Below are positions 41,410-53,000 of a DNA stretch of 64,000 nucleotides, one piece after another. The DNA comes from an uncultured Acidimicrobiia bacterium. GTDB lineage: Bacteria; Actinomycetota; Acidimicrobiia; Acidimicrobiales; AC-14. The notes under the pieces are model-generated. The model made no database searches. It was given only the letters and a program-made list of their open reading frames with translations, and was not told where the DNA came from. Both the position numbers and the translations under genes were made by a program. How positions within the stretch are numbered: the first letter of the stretch is position 1; each line of letters opens with the position of its first letter. The stretch is taken from contig CAWIIV010000007.1 in the NCBI GenBank assembly GCA_963836205.1, positions 192,001-256,000 on the forward strand, given 5' to 3'.

Positions 41410-42830
41410 CGGGGCTCGCGGACGTCACCGGAGCGTTCGACGGCACGCAGGGCGAGGGTGCCGGCCATGAGGATGATGGCCGCCCCGATCCAGAGCGTCA
41501 GGCGCACGCCGGGCAGCTCCACCGTGAACCCGGCGATCCCCACCTGCTTGTCGACCAGCCGTCCCGAGAAGCGGTCGAGGATGCCGGCCAGGAGGGGCGC
41601 CAGGGCCAGCGAGATGAGCAGGCAGAGCCGGGACAGGGTGTAGAGGGCGGCGAAGATGCGTCCCCGCAGTTCGTCGGCGACGTTCTCCTGGAGGATGGTG
41701 AAGCCGAGGACGTACACCGCGCCCGCGAACACACCCATGCCCGCGGTGAACGTCAGGCACAGCCCCAGGCTCGACATCGACGACGCGGCCAGCATGCACC
41801 CCCCCGCCCCCAGCACGACCACCGGGAACACCCGCTGGTGAGGGAGCCGTTTCTGGACGAGCGACACCCCCACCACGCCGACGGCCAGCCCCATGCCGAG
41901 AGCGGTGAGCATGAGGGCGAAGCCGGCCGAGCCGGCATCGAGCACCTCCGACGAGAAGACGGGACCGAGCGGAGCCACCATCCCCCCGCCGATCAGGCCG
42001 GTGCCGAGGCCCACCATCACCGAGCGCACCACCGGGCTGGTGCCGATGAAACGCCATCCCTCCTTGATCTCGTTGAAGGCGTCGGTGAGGGGCGCCGGCG
42101 AGCGCCGGCGACGGGCCGTGGTCCGGGGGAGGGCGATGGTGGAGATGATGACGGCCGACGTCAGGAAAGTGACCACGTCGAGATAGATGGCCAGCGTCTC
42201 CTGGTTGAGCTCCAGGAAGTGGAGGGGCCCCTCGCTGCGGCCCAGCCACTCCGACACCTTGGTGAGCGACGCGAACAGGGCCGATCCCACCGGGAACGTC
42301 CCGTACGCCGCGGCCAGGGAGAACGAGTTGGCCGCCGGCAGCCTGTCGACCTTCACCAGGTTGGGGACCGACGCCTCCTTGGCCGGCGACCACAGCAGGG
42401 TGAACAGCTCCAGGACCAGGGAGACGAGGAACAGCCCCAGGACGCTCTCGACGAACGGCAGGGTGGCCAGGGTGAGGCCCCGACCGATGTCGCAGACCAC
42501 CATCACCGTCTTGCGGTTCCACCGGTCGACCAGCACCCCGCCCACCGACGCCAGGAAGAAGCCGGGGATCATCCGGGCGCTCATGACCAGGGCGATGGCC
42601 GTCTCCGGCGAGCTCCCGCCGACCCGGGCGGTGATCGACAGCACCGCCACCAGCCCGATCCAGTCCCCCAGGGACGAGACCACCTGGGCCACCCACAGGC
42701 GGAAGAACGAGGTCGACCCGAGGAGCGTCGGGCCCCGCTTGTCTCCGTCGTCGTCGGGCCCCTCGGCCGCGGGCACCTCGGCGGTGGCCGGCTCGTCACC
42801 CCCCGGGGGCTCTTCCGTGCGGCCGGCCAC
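41406..42830 (-). CDS. MFS transporter (tmk-associated)
   Basis: FFRLWVAQVVSSLGDW, GVLVDRWNRK; about 12 hydrophobic segments. Confidence 0.9.
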   Translation of the reverse strand: MAGRTEEPPGGDEPATAEVPAAEGPDDDGDKRGPTLLGSTSFFRLWVAQVVSSLGDWIGLVAVLSITARVGGSSPETAIALVMSARMIPGFFLASVGGVLVDRWNRKTVMVVCDIGRGLTLATLPFVESVLGLFLVSLVLELFTLLWSPAKEASVPNLVKVDRLPAANSFSLAAAYGTFPVGSALFASLTKVSEWLGRSEGPLHFLELNQETLAIYLDVVTFLTSAVIISTIALPRTTARRRRSPAPLTDAFNEIKEGWRFIGTSPVVRSVMVGLGTGLIGGGMVAPLGPVFSSEVLDAGSAGFALMLTALGMGLAVGVVGVSLVQKRLPHQRVFPVVVLGAGGCMLAASSMSSLGLCLTFTAGMGVFAGAVYVLGFTILQENVADELRGRIFAALYTLSRLCLLISLALAPLLAGILDRFSGRLVDKQVGIAGFTVELPGVRLTLWIGAAIILMAGTLALRAVERSGDVREPR

Positions 42831-42925
42831 CGGGTCAGGCTACGGCGTCGGCCGGCGCCGGACCCTGACTGCCGGAGCCGGGATTCGCGAGCCGGAGGTC
42901 GATACCGTCGCGGTGCCCACGCCCG

Positions 42926-45586
42926 CTACGACTTGGGGCGGGCCGATCGGGCTCGGGCGGGAGCCTTCCTGGCCGTCGTGCGGGGCTTGGCCGGGCCCCG
43001 GTCGCGGCGGGCCTGGAGCAGCTCGGCCGCCCGCTCGAGGGTGACATCGGTGACCGAGTCACCCACCCGGAGCGAGGCGTTGGTGGTGCCGTCGGTGACG
43101 TAGGGCCCGAACCGCCCCTCGCGCACGGTGACCGCTCCGCCCGACACCGGGTCGGGGCCCAGCTCCCGGAGGGGCTCGGTGGCCGCCGCCCGCCCGCCCC
43201 GGGCCTTGGGCACCGCCAGCAGGGCGACCGCCTCGTCGAGGGTAACCGTGAACAGCCGGTCCTCGTCCTCCAGGCTCCGGCTGTCGGTGCCCTTCTTCAC
43301 GTACGGCCCGTAGCGGCCGTTCTGGGCACTGATCTCCTGGCCGTCGGTGGGGTCGTGGCCCAGCACCCGGGGGATGGTGAGCAGCCGGAGGGCGTCGTCG
43401 AGAGTGAGCGTCTCCAAGGACATGCGCTTGAACAGCGACGCGGTGCGGGGCTTGGTCTTGGCCGATGCCTTCGACGACTGGGCGTCGGCCTCGCCCAGCT
43501 GCACGTACGGGCCGTAGCGGCCCTCCCGGACGATCACCGGTTGGTCGGTGGCGGGGTCGGTGCCGAGGACCCGGTCGCCGCTGGGCTTGGCCAGCATCTC
43601 CTCGGCCTTGGCCACGGTGAGCTCGTCGGGGGCGATCCCTTCAGGCACCGGCGCCGTCTCCCCGTCGCGCGACAGGTAGGGCCCGTACTTGCCCACCCGC
43701 ACCGCGATCTCCCGGCCCTCGGCGTCCTTGCCGATGAGGATGGCGTTGACCTCGCGCGGATCGATCTCGTCGAGGTGGTCGTTGACCATGGCCTTGAGGC
43801 CGGTGGTCCCGTTCCCGAAGTAGAAGCGCGACAGCCACGGCACGCGCTTCTCGCCACCGTTGGCGATGCTGTCGAGGTCGTCCTCCATGCGGGCGGTGAA
43901 GGCGTAGTCGACCAGGTTGGCGAAGTGGCGCTCGAGCAGGGTGACGACCGCGAAGGCGGTCCACGACGGCACCAGGGCGCTGCCCTTCTTCCAGACGTAG
44001 CCCCGGTCCTGGATGGTGCCCAGGATGGACGCGTAGGTCGACGGGCGGCCGACGCCCATCTCCTCCAGCGCCTTCACCAGGGAGGCCTCGGTGTAGCGGG
44101 CGGGGGGCGACGTGGTGTGGTCCTTGGGATCGAGGGCGACCGCGTCGAGGGCGTCGCCCGGGGCCAGGGCCGGCAGCCGCACCTCCCGGTCCTCGAGATC
44201 GGCCTCGGGGTCGTCGGAGCCCTCCACGTAGGCCCGCAGGAACCCGGGGAACTCGATGGTCTTGCCGGCCGCGGCGAAGACCGCTTCCTCGTCGGCCGAT
44301 GAGGTCGCCCCCAGCCGCACCTGCATGCTCCGGCCCCGGGCGTCGGCCATCTGCGACGCCACCGTCCGCTTCCAGATGAGCTCGTAGAGGGCCCGCTCGT
44401 CGGCTCCCAGCTCCTTGGCCACCTGGTCGGGGGTGCGGAAGCTGTCGCCCGCGGGACGGATGGCCTCGTGCGCCTCCTGGGCGTTCTTGACCTTCTTCTC
44501 GTAGCGCCGGGGCTGGCCGGGGACGTAGTCGGGCCCGTACAGCTCGCCTGCCTGGCGGCGGGCGGCGGCCACCGCCGTCTCCGACAGCGACGTGCTGTCG
44601 GTGCGCATGTAGGTGATATAGCCGTTCTCGTACAGGCGCTGGGCCGTCGACATGGTGCGCTGGGCGGTGTAGCGCAGCTTGCGCCCCGCCTCCTGCTGGA
44701 GGGTGGAGGTCATGAACGGCGGGTACGGGCTGCGCCGGTAGGGCTTTTCGTCGACCGAGCGCACGGTGAAGGGGGCGTCGCGCAGGCGCTCGGCCAGGCC
44801 GGCGGCGCCCTCGTGGTCGAGGACGAGGACGTTGGCCGCGGCCGCGCCGAGCCGGCCGGTCTCGTCGAAGTCCTTGCCCGTGACCAGGCGGGTGCCGTCG
44901 ACGCTGACCAGGGTGGCGCCGAACCGGCCCGCGGTGGCCTCGGCCTTGGCGAAGGTCCCCTCGATGCCGGAGTACGACGCGCTGCGGAACCGCATCCGGG
45001 CCCGCTCCCGCTCCACCAGGATGCGGCAGGCCACACTCTGCACCCGTCCTGCGGAGAGCTTGGGCAGCACCTTGCGCCACAGGACGGGCGACACCTCGTA
45101 GCCGTAGAGCCGGTCGAGGATGCGGCGGGCCTCCTGGGCGTCGACCAGCTGCTCGTCGAGGTCGCGGGGATTCGCCAGGGCGGCCTGGATGGCGGGGGCG
45201 GTGATCTCGTGGAACACCATCCGCCGCACCGACACCCGTTTGGGGGGCGAGAGCACCTCCAGCAGGTGCCAGGCGATCGACTCCCCTTCGCGATCCTCGT
45301 CGGTGGCGAGATAGAGCTCGTCGGCGTCCTTGAGCAGGCGCTTCAGGTTGGTGACGATCTGCTTCTTGTTCTTGGCGACCACGTAGAGGGGCTCGAACTC
45401 GTGGTCGACGTCGACGCCGAGGCGGGCCCAGGGCTCCCCCTTGAGGGAGGCCGGCACCTCTTCGGCGCCTCGGGGAAGGTCGCGGATGTGCCCCACGGAC
45501 GACTCCACCACGTACCCGCTGCCCAGAAATCGGGCGATGGTTCGGGCCTTGGCGGGCGATTCGACGATGACGAGGGGTTTGGACAC
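42926..45586 (-). CDS. topA: DNA topoisomerase I
   Basis: LVIVESPAKA, ATDEDREGE, SAGRVQS, ITYMRTDS, AQEAHEAIRP; actinobacterial GRYGPY C-terminal repeats. Confidence 0.97.
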   Translation of the reverse strand: MSKPLVIVESPAKARTIARFLGSGYVVESSVGHIRDLPRGAEEVPASLKGEPWARLGVDVDHEFEPLYVVAKNKKQIVTNLKRLLKDADELYLATDEDREGESIAWHLLEVLSPPKRVSVRRMVFHEITAPAIQAALANPRDLDEQLVDAQEARRILDRLYGYEVSPVLWRKVLPKLSAGRVQSVACRILVERERARMRFRSASYSGIEGTFAKAEATAGRFGATLVSVDGTRLVTGKDFDETGRLGAAAANVLVLDHEGAAGLAERLRDAPFTVRSVDEKPYRRSPYPPFMTSTLQQEAGRKLRYTAQRTMSTAQRLYENGYITYMRTDSTSLSETAVAAARRQAGELYGPDYVPGQPRRYEKKVKNAQEAHEAIRPAGDSFRTPDQVAKELGADERALYELIWKRTVASQMADARGRSMQVRLGATSSADEEAVFAAAGKTIEFPGFLRAYVEGSDDPEADLEDREVRLPALAPGDALDAVALDPKDHTTSPPARYTEASLVKALEEMGVGRPSTYASILGTIQDRGYVWKKGSALVPSWTAFAVVTLLERHFANLVDYAFTARMEDDLDSIANGGEKRVPWLSRFYFGNGTTGLKAMVNDHLDEIDPREVNAILIGKDAEGREIAVRVGKYGPYLSRDGETAPVPEGIAPDELTVAKAEEMLAKPSGDRVLGTDPATDQPVIVREGRYGPYVQLGEADAQSSKASAKTKPRTASLFKRMSLETLTLDDALRLLTIPRVLGHDPTDGQEISAQNGRYGPYVKKGTDSRSLEDEDRLFTVTLDEAVALLAVPKARGGRAAATEPLRELGPDPVSGGAVTVREGRFGPYVTDGTTNASLRVGDSVTDVTLERAAELLQARRDRGPAKPRTTARKAPARARSARPKS

Positions 45587-45639
45587 GGGAGTGGACCTTT
45601 GGCGGCCGGATGGCCTTCTGTCAAGAGTACGGTCTGGAC

Positions 45640-46281
45640 GTGGACCCCAAGTCGCTGATCGAGGCGTTCGGCACGCTCGGTCTTTTCGTGATCGTGTTCG
45701 CCGAATCGGGGCTGCTGGCGGGCTTCTTCCTCCCCGGCGACTCGCTGCTGTTCACCGCCGGGCTGCTCGCCTCCAAGGGCCTGTTGAACCTTCCTATCAT
45801 CATGGTGGGCTGTTTCGTGGCCGCGGTGGTGGGCGACCAGGTGGGCTACGCCATCGGACGGCGCTACGGGCCGGCGGTGTTCAAGCGCCCCAACTCCCGG
45901 TTCTTCCACCAGAAGAACGTCGAACGGGCCCGGGTGTACTTCGAGGAACACGGGCCCAAGACGGTGGTGCTGGCCCGCTTCCTGCCGGTGATTCGCACGT
46001 TCACCCCGGTGGTGGCCGGGGTCGGCCAGATGGACTACCGCACGTTCGTCCGGTTCAACGTCATCGGCGGCTTCCTCTGGGCCTTCGGGGTCACCGGGCT
46101 CGGCTACGCCCTGGGCGACGTCATCCCCGACATCGACCGCTGGCTCCTGCCCATCATCGTGGTCATCGGCGCCATCTCGTTCGTCCCCGTGATCCTCGAG
46201 CTTCTTCGGATGCGCCGGGCGGGAGCGGAGGACGAGCCGACATCGGAGACCGAGACGGAGACGGAGCCGACCAAGTCGTAG
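45640..46281 (+). CDS. dedA: DedA family membrane protein
   Basis: FAESGLLAGFFLPGDSLLF, ARFLPVIRTF. Confidence 0.92.
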   Translation: MDPKSLIEAFGTLGLFVIVFAESGLLAGFFLPGDSLLFTAGLLASKGLLNLPIIMVGCFVAAVVGDQVGYAIGRRYGPAVFKRPNSRFFHQKNVERARVYFEEHGPKTVVLARFLPVIRTFTPVVAGVGQMDYRTFVRFNVIGGFLWAFGVTGLGYALGDVIPDIDRWLLPIIVVIGAISFVPVILELLRMRRAGAEDEPTSETETETEPTKS

Positions 46282-46352
46282 TCGGCGGTTTGGGTGGCCG
46301 CGTGGACGCCGGACGCCCGACTCGGGAGGATTGGTGCGAAACCCGTGACTGG

Positions 46353-46772
46353 TCAGCGGGCGGGCCGGGTGACGATCCGCACTCCGGGGACGGATTGGGC
46401 GAGTCGCTCGATGTCATCGGGATCCGACGTGACGACCACACCGCCGTCGTGGAGGGCGCAGACGGCAACGATGTGGGCGTCGACCATGTCGCGGCTGTCG
46501 GCACCCGCGCCATGGAGCACGGCTCCGACCTGGCGGGCAAGGGCGAAGTCGGTGTCGACCACCGAGAACGGGGGTCGGACCCGGGAGAGGGCGACTTCCA
46601 CCCGCCGGGTCCGGGCCACCCCCCGGCACACCTCGGCGCACACGACCGCGGGGACGATCACCTCACGTCCTCGAAGCCACGCCTCGTGTAACAGTGCTCG
46701 CACCGGCTCGGGCGGCCGCGGGTCGCAGACCGCGTCGAGACCGCCCGCGTCGAGAACGACCGGCACGGTCAC
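46353..46772 (-). CDS. PIN-domain toxin (VapC-like)
   Basis: VVLDAG, VCAE, VDAHIV, TSDPDD; GTGA overlap with the antitoxin. Confidence 0.85.
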   Translation of the reverse strand: MTVPVVLDAGGLDAVCDPRPPEPVRALLHEAWLRGREVIVPAVVCAEVCRGVARTRRVEVALSRVRPPFSVVDTDFALARQVGAVLHGAGADSRDMVDAHIVAVCALHDGGVVVTSDPDDIERLAQSVPGVRIVTRPAR

Positions 46773-47023
46773 GCCGCGCCTCGACCGATGCCGTCGACCT
46801 CGTCGAACGCGTCCTGGGCGTCGGCGATGGCGGCATCGGACACCGGGCCGAGCTCGAGGTCCCACTCGTCGAGCAACTGGCGCAGGGCGGCCCGCCGAGC
46901 CAACCGGTCGACGTGGGCGGTCAGCGCCTCGTTCACGACCGCTGAGAGGTTCTCGATCCCCAGGAGTTGGGCCTCTTCGACCAGACCCGTGTCCACCGTG
47001 ACTGTGATCTTACGCTTCGCCAT
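46769..47023 (-). CDS. Type II antitoxin (CcdA/VapB-like ribbon-helix-helix)
   Basis: MAKRKITVTVD, NLSAVVNEAL; lies upstream of the PIN gene. Confidence 0.82.
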   Translation of the reverse strand: MAKRKITVTVDTGLVEEAQLLGIENLSAVVNEALTAHVDRLARRAALRQLLDEWDLELGPVSDAAIADAQDAFDEVDGIGRGAA

Positions 47024-47085
47024 ACAACTATCCTACCAAGGGGTGTGGTTGGTGTCGCCGGGATCGGTGTCGCCGGGATGAGATG

Positions 47086-50000
47086 TCAGATCGAGATGAC
47101 TCCGAGGACGAGGAGCACGCCGAACGCGAGGATGGGGATGCCGAGGAGCTCCTCCCTCCACCGCAGCTCTCGTTCGGCGCCCTCCCGGCCGAGGAGCCCG
47201 AGCAGGGACAGGGCCAGGCCGGGCAGGGACAGGAGCACGAACGCGTCACGGATGGCGTCCTGCCCGCTCGACAGGTGGCCGAGGACGATTGCGGCGAAAA
47301 CGCCGCCGACAACGAGCATGAGCACCGTCTCGACGATGCCGCTAGGAAGGGCTCTGTAGAGGCGGGGCGAGTTCGGGAAGCGGTCGGCGAACAGTTCCAG
47401 GATCTTGGGCAGGACGAACAGCGTTCCGCCGAGATAGAGCTGCCAGCAGGGGCCCAGGAACGAGACGGCGACGAAGACGAAGATGCCCATGACCAACACG
47501 CTGGCCAGGGCTCGTTGTCCGGAACTCGGCTCCTGGAGATCGACGGGTTGCACCCGGTCGAGGCGCATCGGGAACCACCTGGCGGTGAAGGTCTCGATGA
47601 CTATCCGAATGCCCAGCGCCACCAGTACCGAGAGGGCGATGTCGTTGGCCCGGTCGCCGATCGGCAGATCCAGACCGGTCAGACCCGGCAGCCCCAGCAC
47701 GATGGTCTGCACCGCCCAGGCGCCCACCAGCGAGGCGATGACGACATCGGCGGTGCGGTCAAAGTGCTCCTGAGCCGTCCCAGGGGGCGGCCTACGCAGG
47801 GGCCGGGCGGTGCCGGCGATGAGTGGGGCCGCGAACCACAGAATGGCCACGCCGAGCAGGGCGCGGGAATCGTTGCTGGACGACACCCCTCCGGACGCCA
47901 GCACGCCGGTGACGAAGACGAGCACCCCCGTCAGCCCGGCCAGGGCATCGAAGACGCCGAGCACCGCCAGCGCCACCACCAACCCGAACGCGGGCGGCAA
48001 CGCTGCGCCGCCCACGTTGCTGACCGCCATCGCGCCGAGAACGGCTCCGAGGACGGGCCCCAGCACCCAGGCGGAGCCGAACATGGCCCGGATGTAGCTG
48101 GCGTCGTTGACGATGCGAGCCACGAGCGGCGACCGGGGCGAGACACGGGCCGGGACGTCACGGCTCAGGCGATCGAAGATGGGCGTCGCCGGCCAACGCC
48201 ACGTCCGCGACCGGTCGCCCCACTTGACGGCCACCGTCCCTGTCCCGACGTCGGTGAACTCCAACTCCGCGGCCGCCTCCCCGGTCTCCTCCTCGTCCTC
48301 CGAGCGCCGTCTCGCGCCGGCCGCAGCCAACACGGCCATCCCCATCGTCGCCACACCACCGCCCGAAAGTCCCGACGCCGACGGAGCCCCCGAGCCGCCC
48401 GAGCCCGAGCCAATGACGCCTGAGCCGGCCGAGCCCGAGCCACTGAAGCCTGAGACGTCCGAGCCGGAGCCACCCGAGCCCCAGCCACCCGAGCCACCCG
48501 AGCCCCAGCCGTTCCCGCCCGATCCGGAGCCGCCACCACCAGGCCCGCCACCACCAGGCCCGCCACCACCAGGCCCGCCACCACCAGGCCCGCCACCACC
48601 AGGCCCGCCACCACCAGGCCCGCCACCACCAGGCCCGCCACCACCAGGCCCGCCACCACCAGGCCCGCCACCACCAGGCCCGCCACCACCAGGCCCGCCA
48701 CCACCAGGCCCGCCACCACCAGGCCCGCCACCACCAGGCCCGCCACCACCAGGCCCGCCACCACCAGGCCCGCCACCACCAGGCCCGCCACCACCAGGCC
48801 CGCCACCACCAGGCCCGCCACCACCAGGCCCGCTACCACCAGGCCCGCTACCACCAGGCCCGCCACCGGCGTCAGAGTCGGGTCCGCCCAAGCCGCCGCC
48901 AGCCCCCGAGCCGTCACCAGGACTCGATCCGTCGCCCGCACCTGAGCCGCCACCAGCTCCCGAGCCGCCACCACCATGCCCGCCACCGGCAGTAGTGCCG
49001 GGCGCGCCCGAGCCGCCGCCAGCACCCGAGCCGTCGGCCGCACCCGAGTCGCCGCCAGCGCCCGAGCCGTCGGCAGCACCCGAGTCGCCGCCAGCGCCCG
49101 AGCTACCGCCAGCACCCGAGCCGCCAGCGACGCCAGCGCCGGGTCCGCCCGAATCTGCACCACCGGTCCGGTCACCGCCCAAGCCGCCACCCCCGGGCCC
49201 GCCACCAGGGCCAGAGCCTGGTCCGCCACCGGGGCCAGCACCGGGTCCGCCCGAGCCGCCGCCATCACCCGAGCCGCCAGCGCCGGGCCCGCCGGAGGTC
49301 GACGCGCCACCGGCCTCACTCTTGGCCCACCTCGTCGGACGCGGCTTGCGGACCCCGAGTAGGGACAGGAGGGCAAACGCCGATACCTCGAGAGCCACGA
49401 GTTCGTCGGCGTGGGCGGCTGGGTCGTAGGCCGCCAGCGCCTCCCGGCCCTCTGGTTGATTCTTTGGGTCGGCGTTCGATGGTTGGGTGTCGCTCTGGCC
49501 CGCGGGGTCCCGGCTCGGGCTCGGGGGACCCAGGGAGGATCGAGGCCGCGATGTAGTAGTCGCCGGGCTGATCGTCGTGGTCGGGCTGCTCGCCGACGGG
49601 AGCAACGACGTGGGTGCCGGAGCTGCTGCCGTAGCCACCAGCAGCCCGACGGTCGTCGTCGGCGCATCGATGGCCGATGTGGGCGCTGTTGTCGGGGTGG
49701 TCAAGGTGGTCGTCGGCGGGACCATCGTCGAGGTGGTCGGTGTCAGCACCGTGGTGGTCGTAGTTGCCGGGACGGTGCTCGACGTGGTGGTGGTCGGCCC
49801 GGTTGTCGACGTCGTCGTTTGCGGGACGGTGGTCGACGTGATGGTGGTCGTCGGCGGCTCGGTAGTCGTCGGCGGGACGGTGGTCGAGGTGGTGGTCGGC
49901 GGGACGGTCGTCGAGGTGGTGGTCGGCGGGACGGTCGTCGAGGTGGGGGACGTGGTGGTCGTCGTCGGCGGGACGGTCGTCGAGGTGCTCGTCGGCGGGA

Positions 50001-53000
50001 CGGTCGTTGAGGTGGTCGTCGGCGGGACGGTGGTCGAGGTGGTGGTCGGCGGGACGGTGGTCGAGGTGCTCGTCGGCGGGACGGTCGTTGAGGTGGTCGT
50101 CGGCGGGACGGTGGTCGAGGTGGTGGTCGGCGGGACGGTGGTCGAGGTGGTGGTCGGCGGGACGGTGGTCGAGGTGGTCGGTCGGCGGGACGGTCGTCGA
50201 GGTGCTCGTCGGCGGGACGGTCGTCGAGGTGCTCGTCGGCGGGACGGTCGTCGAGGTGGTGGACGTGGTGGTCGTCGTCGGCGGGACGGTCGTCGAGGTG
50301 CTCGTCGGCGGGACGGTCGTCGAGGTGCTCGTCGGCGGGACGGTCGTCGAGGTGCTCGTCGGCGGGACGGTCGTCGAGGTGCTCGTCGGCGGGACGGTCG
50401 TCGAGGTGCTCGTCGGCGGGACGGTGGACGTGGTGGTCGTCGGCGGGACGGTGGACGAGGTGGTCGTCTGCGGGACGGACGTCGAGGTCGTCGAGGTCGT
50501 CGAGGTCGTCGACGTGGTCGTGGTCGGCGGGACGGTGGTCGAGGTGGTCGTCGTGCTCGAGGTGGTCGTCGTCGGCGAGACGGATGTCGACGTGGTGGTC
50601 GTCGGCGGGACAGTGGTCGACGTGGTGGTCGTCGGCGGGACGGTCGTCGAGGTGGTGCTCGTCGAGGGACGGTCGTCGAGGTGGTCGACGTGGTGGTCGT
50701 CGGCGGGACGGTCGTCGAGGTGGTGGTCGTCGGCGGGACGGTCGTCGAGGTAGTCGTCGGCGGGACGGTCGTCGAGGTCGTCCAGGTGGTCGTCGTCGGC
50801 GGGACGGTCGTCGAGGTGGTCGAAGTGGTCGTGGTCGGCGGGACGGTGGTCGAGGTGGTGCTCGTCGGCGGGACGGTGGACGACGTGGTCGTCGGCGGGA
50901 CGGATGTCGAGGTCGTCGAGGTCGTCGACGTGGTCGTGGTCGGCGGGACGGTGGTCGACGTGGTGGTGGTCGGCGGGACGGTGGTCGAGGTGGTCGTGGT
51001 CGTCGTCGGCGGGACGGTCGTCGAGGTGGTGGTCGTCGGCGGGACGGTCGTCGAGGTGGTGGTCGGCGGGACAGTCGTCGGCGGGACGGTGGTCGACGTG
51101 GTGGTCGTCGGCGGGACGGTGGACGACGTGGTGGTCGTCGGCGGGACGGTGGACGACGTGGTGGTCGTCGGCGGGACGGTCGTCGAGATCGTCGAGGTGG
51201 TGGACGTGGTGGTCGTCGGCGGGACGGTCGTCGAGATCGTCGAGGTGGTGGACGTGGTGGTCGTCGGCGGGACGGTGGTCGAGGTGGTCGAGGTGGTCGT
51301 CGTCGGCGGGACGGTGGTCGAGGTGGTCGAGGTGGTCGTCGTCGGCGGGACGGTGGTCGAGGTGGTCGAGGTGGTCGTCGTCGGCGGGACGGTGGTCGAG
51401 GTGGTCGTCGTCGGCGGGACGGTGGTCGGCGGGAGGTGGTCGAGGTGGTCGTCGTCGGCGGGACGGTGGACGTGGTGGTCGTCGTCGGCGGGACGGTCGT
51501 CGAGGTGCTCGTCGGCGGGACGGTCGTCGAGGTGGTGGTGGCCGGCGGGACGGTCGTCGAGGTGGTGGTCGGCGGGACGGTGGTCGAGGTGGTCGTCGTC
51601 GGCGGGACGGTGGTCGACGTGGTCGACGTGGTGGTCGTCGGCGGGACGGTCGTCGAGGTGGTGGTCGTCGGCGGGACGGTCGTCGAGGTGGTCGAGGTGG
51701 TGGTCGTCGGCGGGACGGTCGTCGAGGTGGTCGAGGTGGTGGTCGTCGGCGGGACGGTCGTCGAGGTGGTGCTCGTCGGCGGGACGGTCGTCGAGGTCGT
51801 CGAGGTGGCCGTCGTCGGCGGGACGGTCGTCGAGGTGGTCGAAGTGGTCGTGATCGGCGGGACGGTGGTCGAGGTGGTGGACGTGGTGCTCGTCGGCGGG
51901 ACGGTCGTCGAGGTGGTCGTCGGCGGGACGGTCGTCGAGGTCGTCGAGGTGGTCGTCGTCGGCGGGACGGTCGTCGAGGTGGTCGAGTGGTCGTGGTCGG
52001 CGGGACGGTGGTCGAGGTGGTGCTCGTCGGCGGGACGGTCGTCGAGGTCGTCAGGTGGCCGTCGTCGGCGGGACGGTCGTCGAGGTGGTCGAAGTGGTCG
52101 TGATCGGCGGGACGGTGGTCGAGGTGGTGGACGTGGTGCTCGTCGGCGGGACGGTCGTCGAGGTGGTCGTCGGCGGGACGGTCGTCGAGGTCGTCGAGGT
52201 GGTCGTCGTCGGCGGGACGGTCGTCGAGGTGGTCGAAGTGGTCGTGGTCGGCGGGACGGTGGTCGAGGTGGTGCTCGTCGGCGGGACGGTGGACGACGTG
52301 GTCGTCGGCGGGACGGATGTCGAGGTCGTCGAGGTCGTCGACGTGGTCGTGGTCGGCGGGACGGTGGTCGACGTGGTGGTGGTCGGCGGGACGGTGGTCG
52401 AGGTGGTCGTGGTCGTCGTCGGCGGGACGGTCGTCGAGGTGGTGGTCGTCGGCGGGACAGTCGTCGAGGTCGTCGAGGTGGTGGTCGGCGGGACAGTCGT
52501 CGGCGGGACGGTGGTCGAGGTGGTCGTGGTCGTCGTCGGCGGGACGGTCGTCGAGGTGGTGGTCGTCGGCGGGACGGTCGTCGAGGTGGTGGTCGGCGGG
52601 ACAGTCGTCGGCGGGACGGTGGTCGACGTGGTGGTCGTCGGCGGGACGGTGGACGACGTGGTGGTCGGCGGGACGGTGGTCGAGGTGGTGGACGTGGTGG
52701 TCGTCGGCGGGACGGTGGTGGTTGGCGACGTGGTCGTGGTCGGCGGGACGGTCGTCGAGATCGTCGAGGTGGTGGACGTGGTGGTCGTCGGCGGGACGGT
52801 CGTCGAGATCGTCGAGGTGGTGGACGTGGTGGTCGTCGGCGGGACGGTCGTCGAGATCGTCGAGGTGGTGGACGTGGTGGTCGTCGGCGGGACGGTGGTC
52901 GAGATCGTCGAGGTGGTGGACGTGGTGGTCGTCGGCGGGACGGTGGTCGAGATCGTCGAGGTGGTGGACGTGGTGGTCGTCGGCGGGACGGTGGTCGAGG

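Noticed and set aside
46353-47023. Toxin-antitoxin pair as a marker of a mobile element
   Set aside because: No integrase, transposase or terminal repeats nearby; it looks like an ordinary chromosomal module.
48107-49667. Poly-Pro (GPPPP)n and (AGLVV)n ORFs
   Set aside because: Antisense and shifted readings of the GGGGP array.
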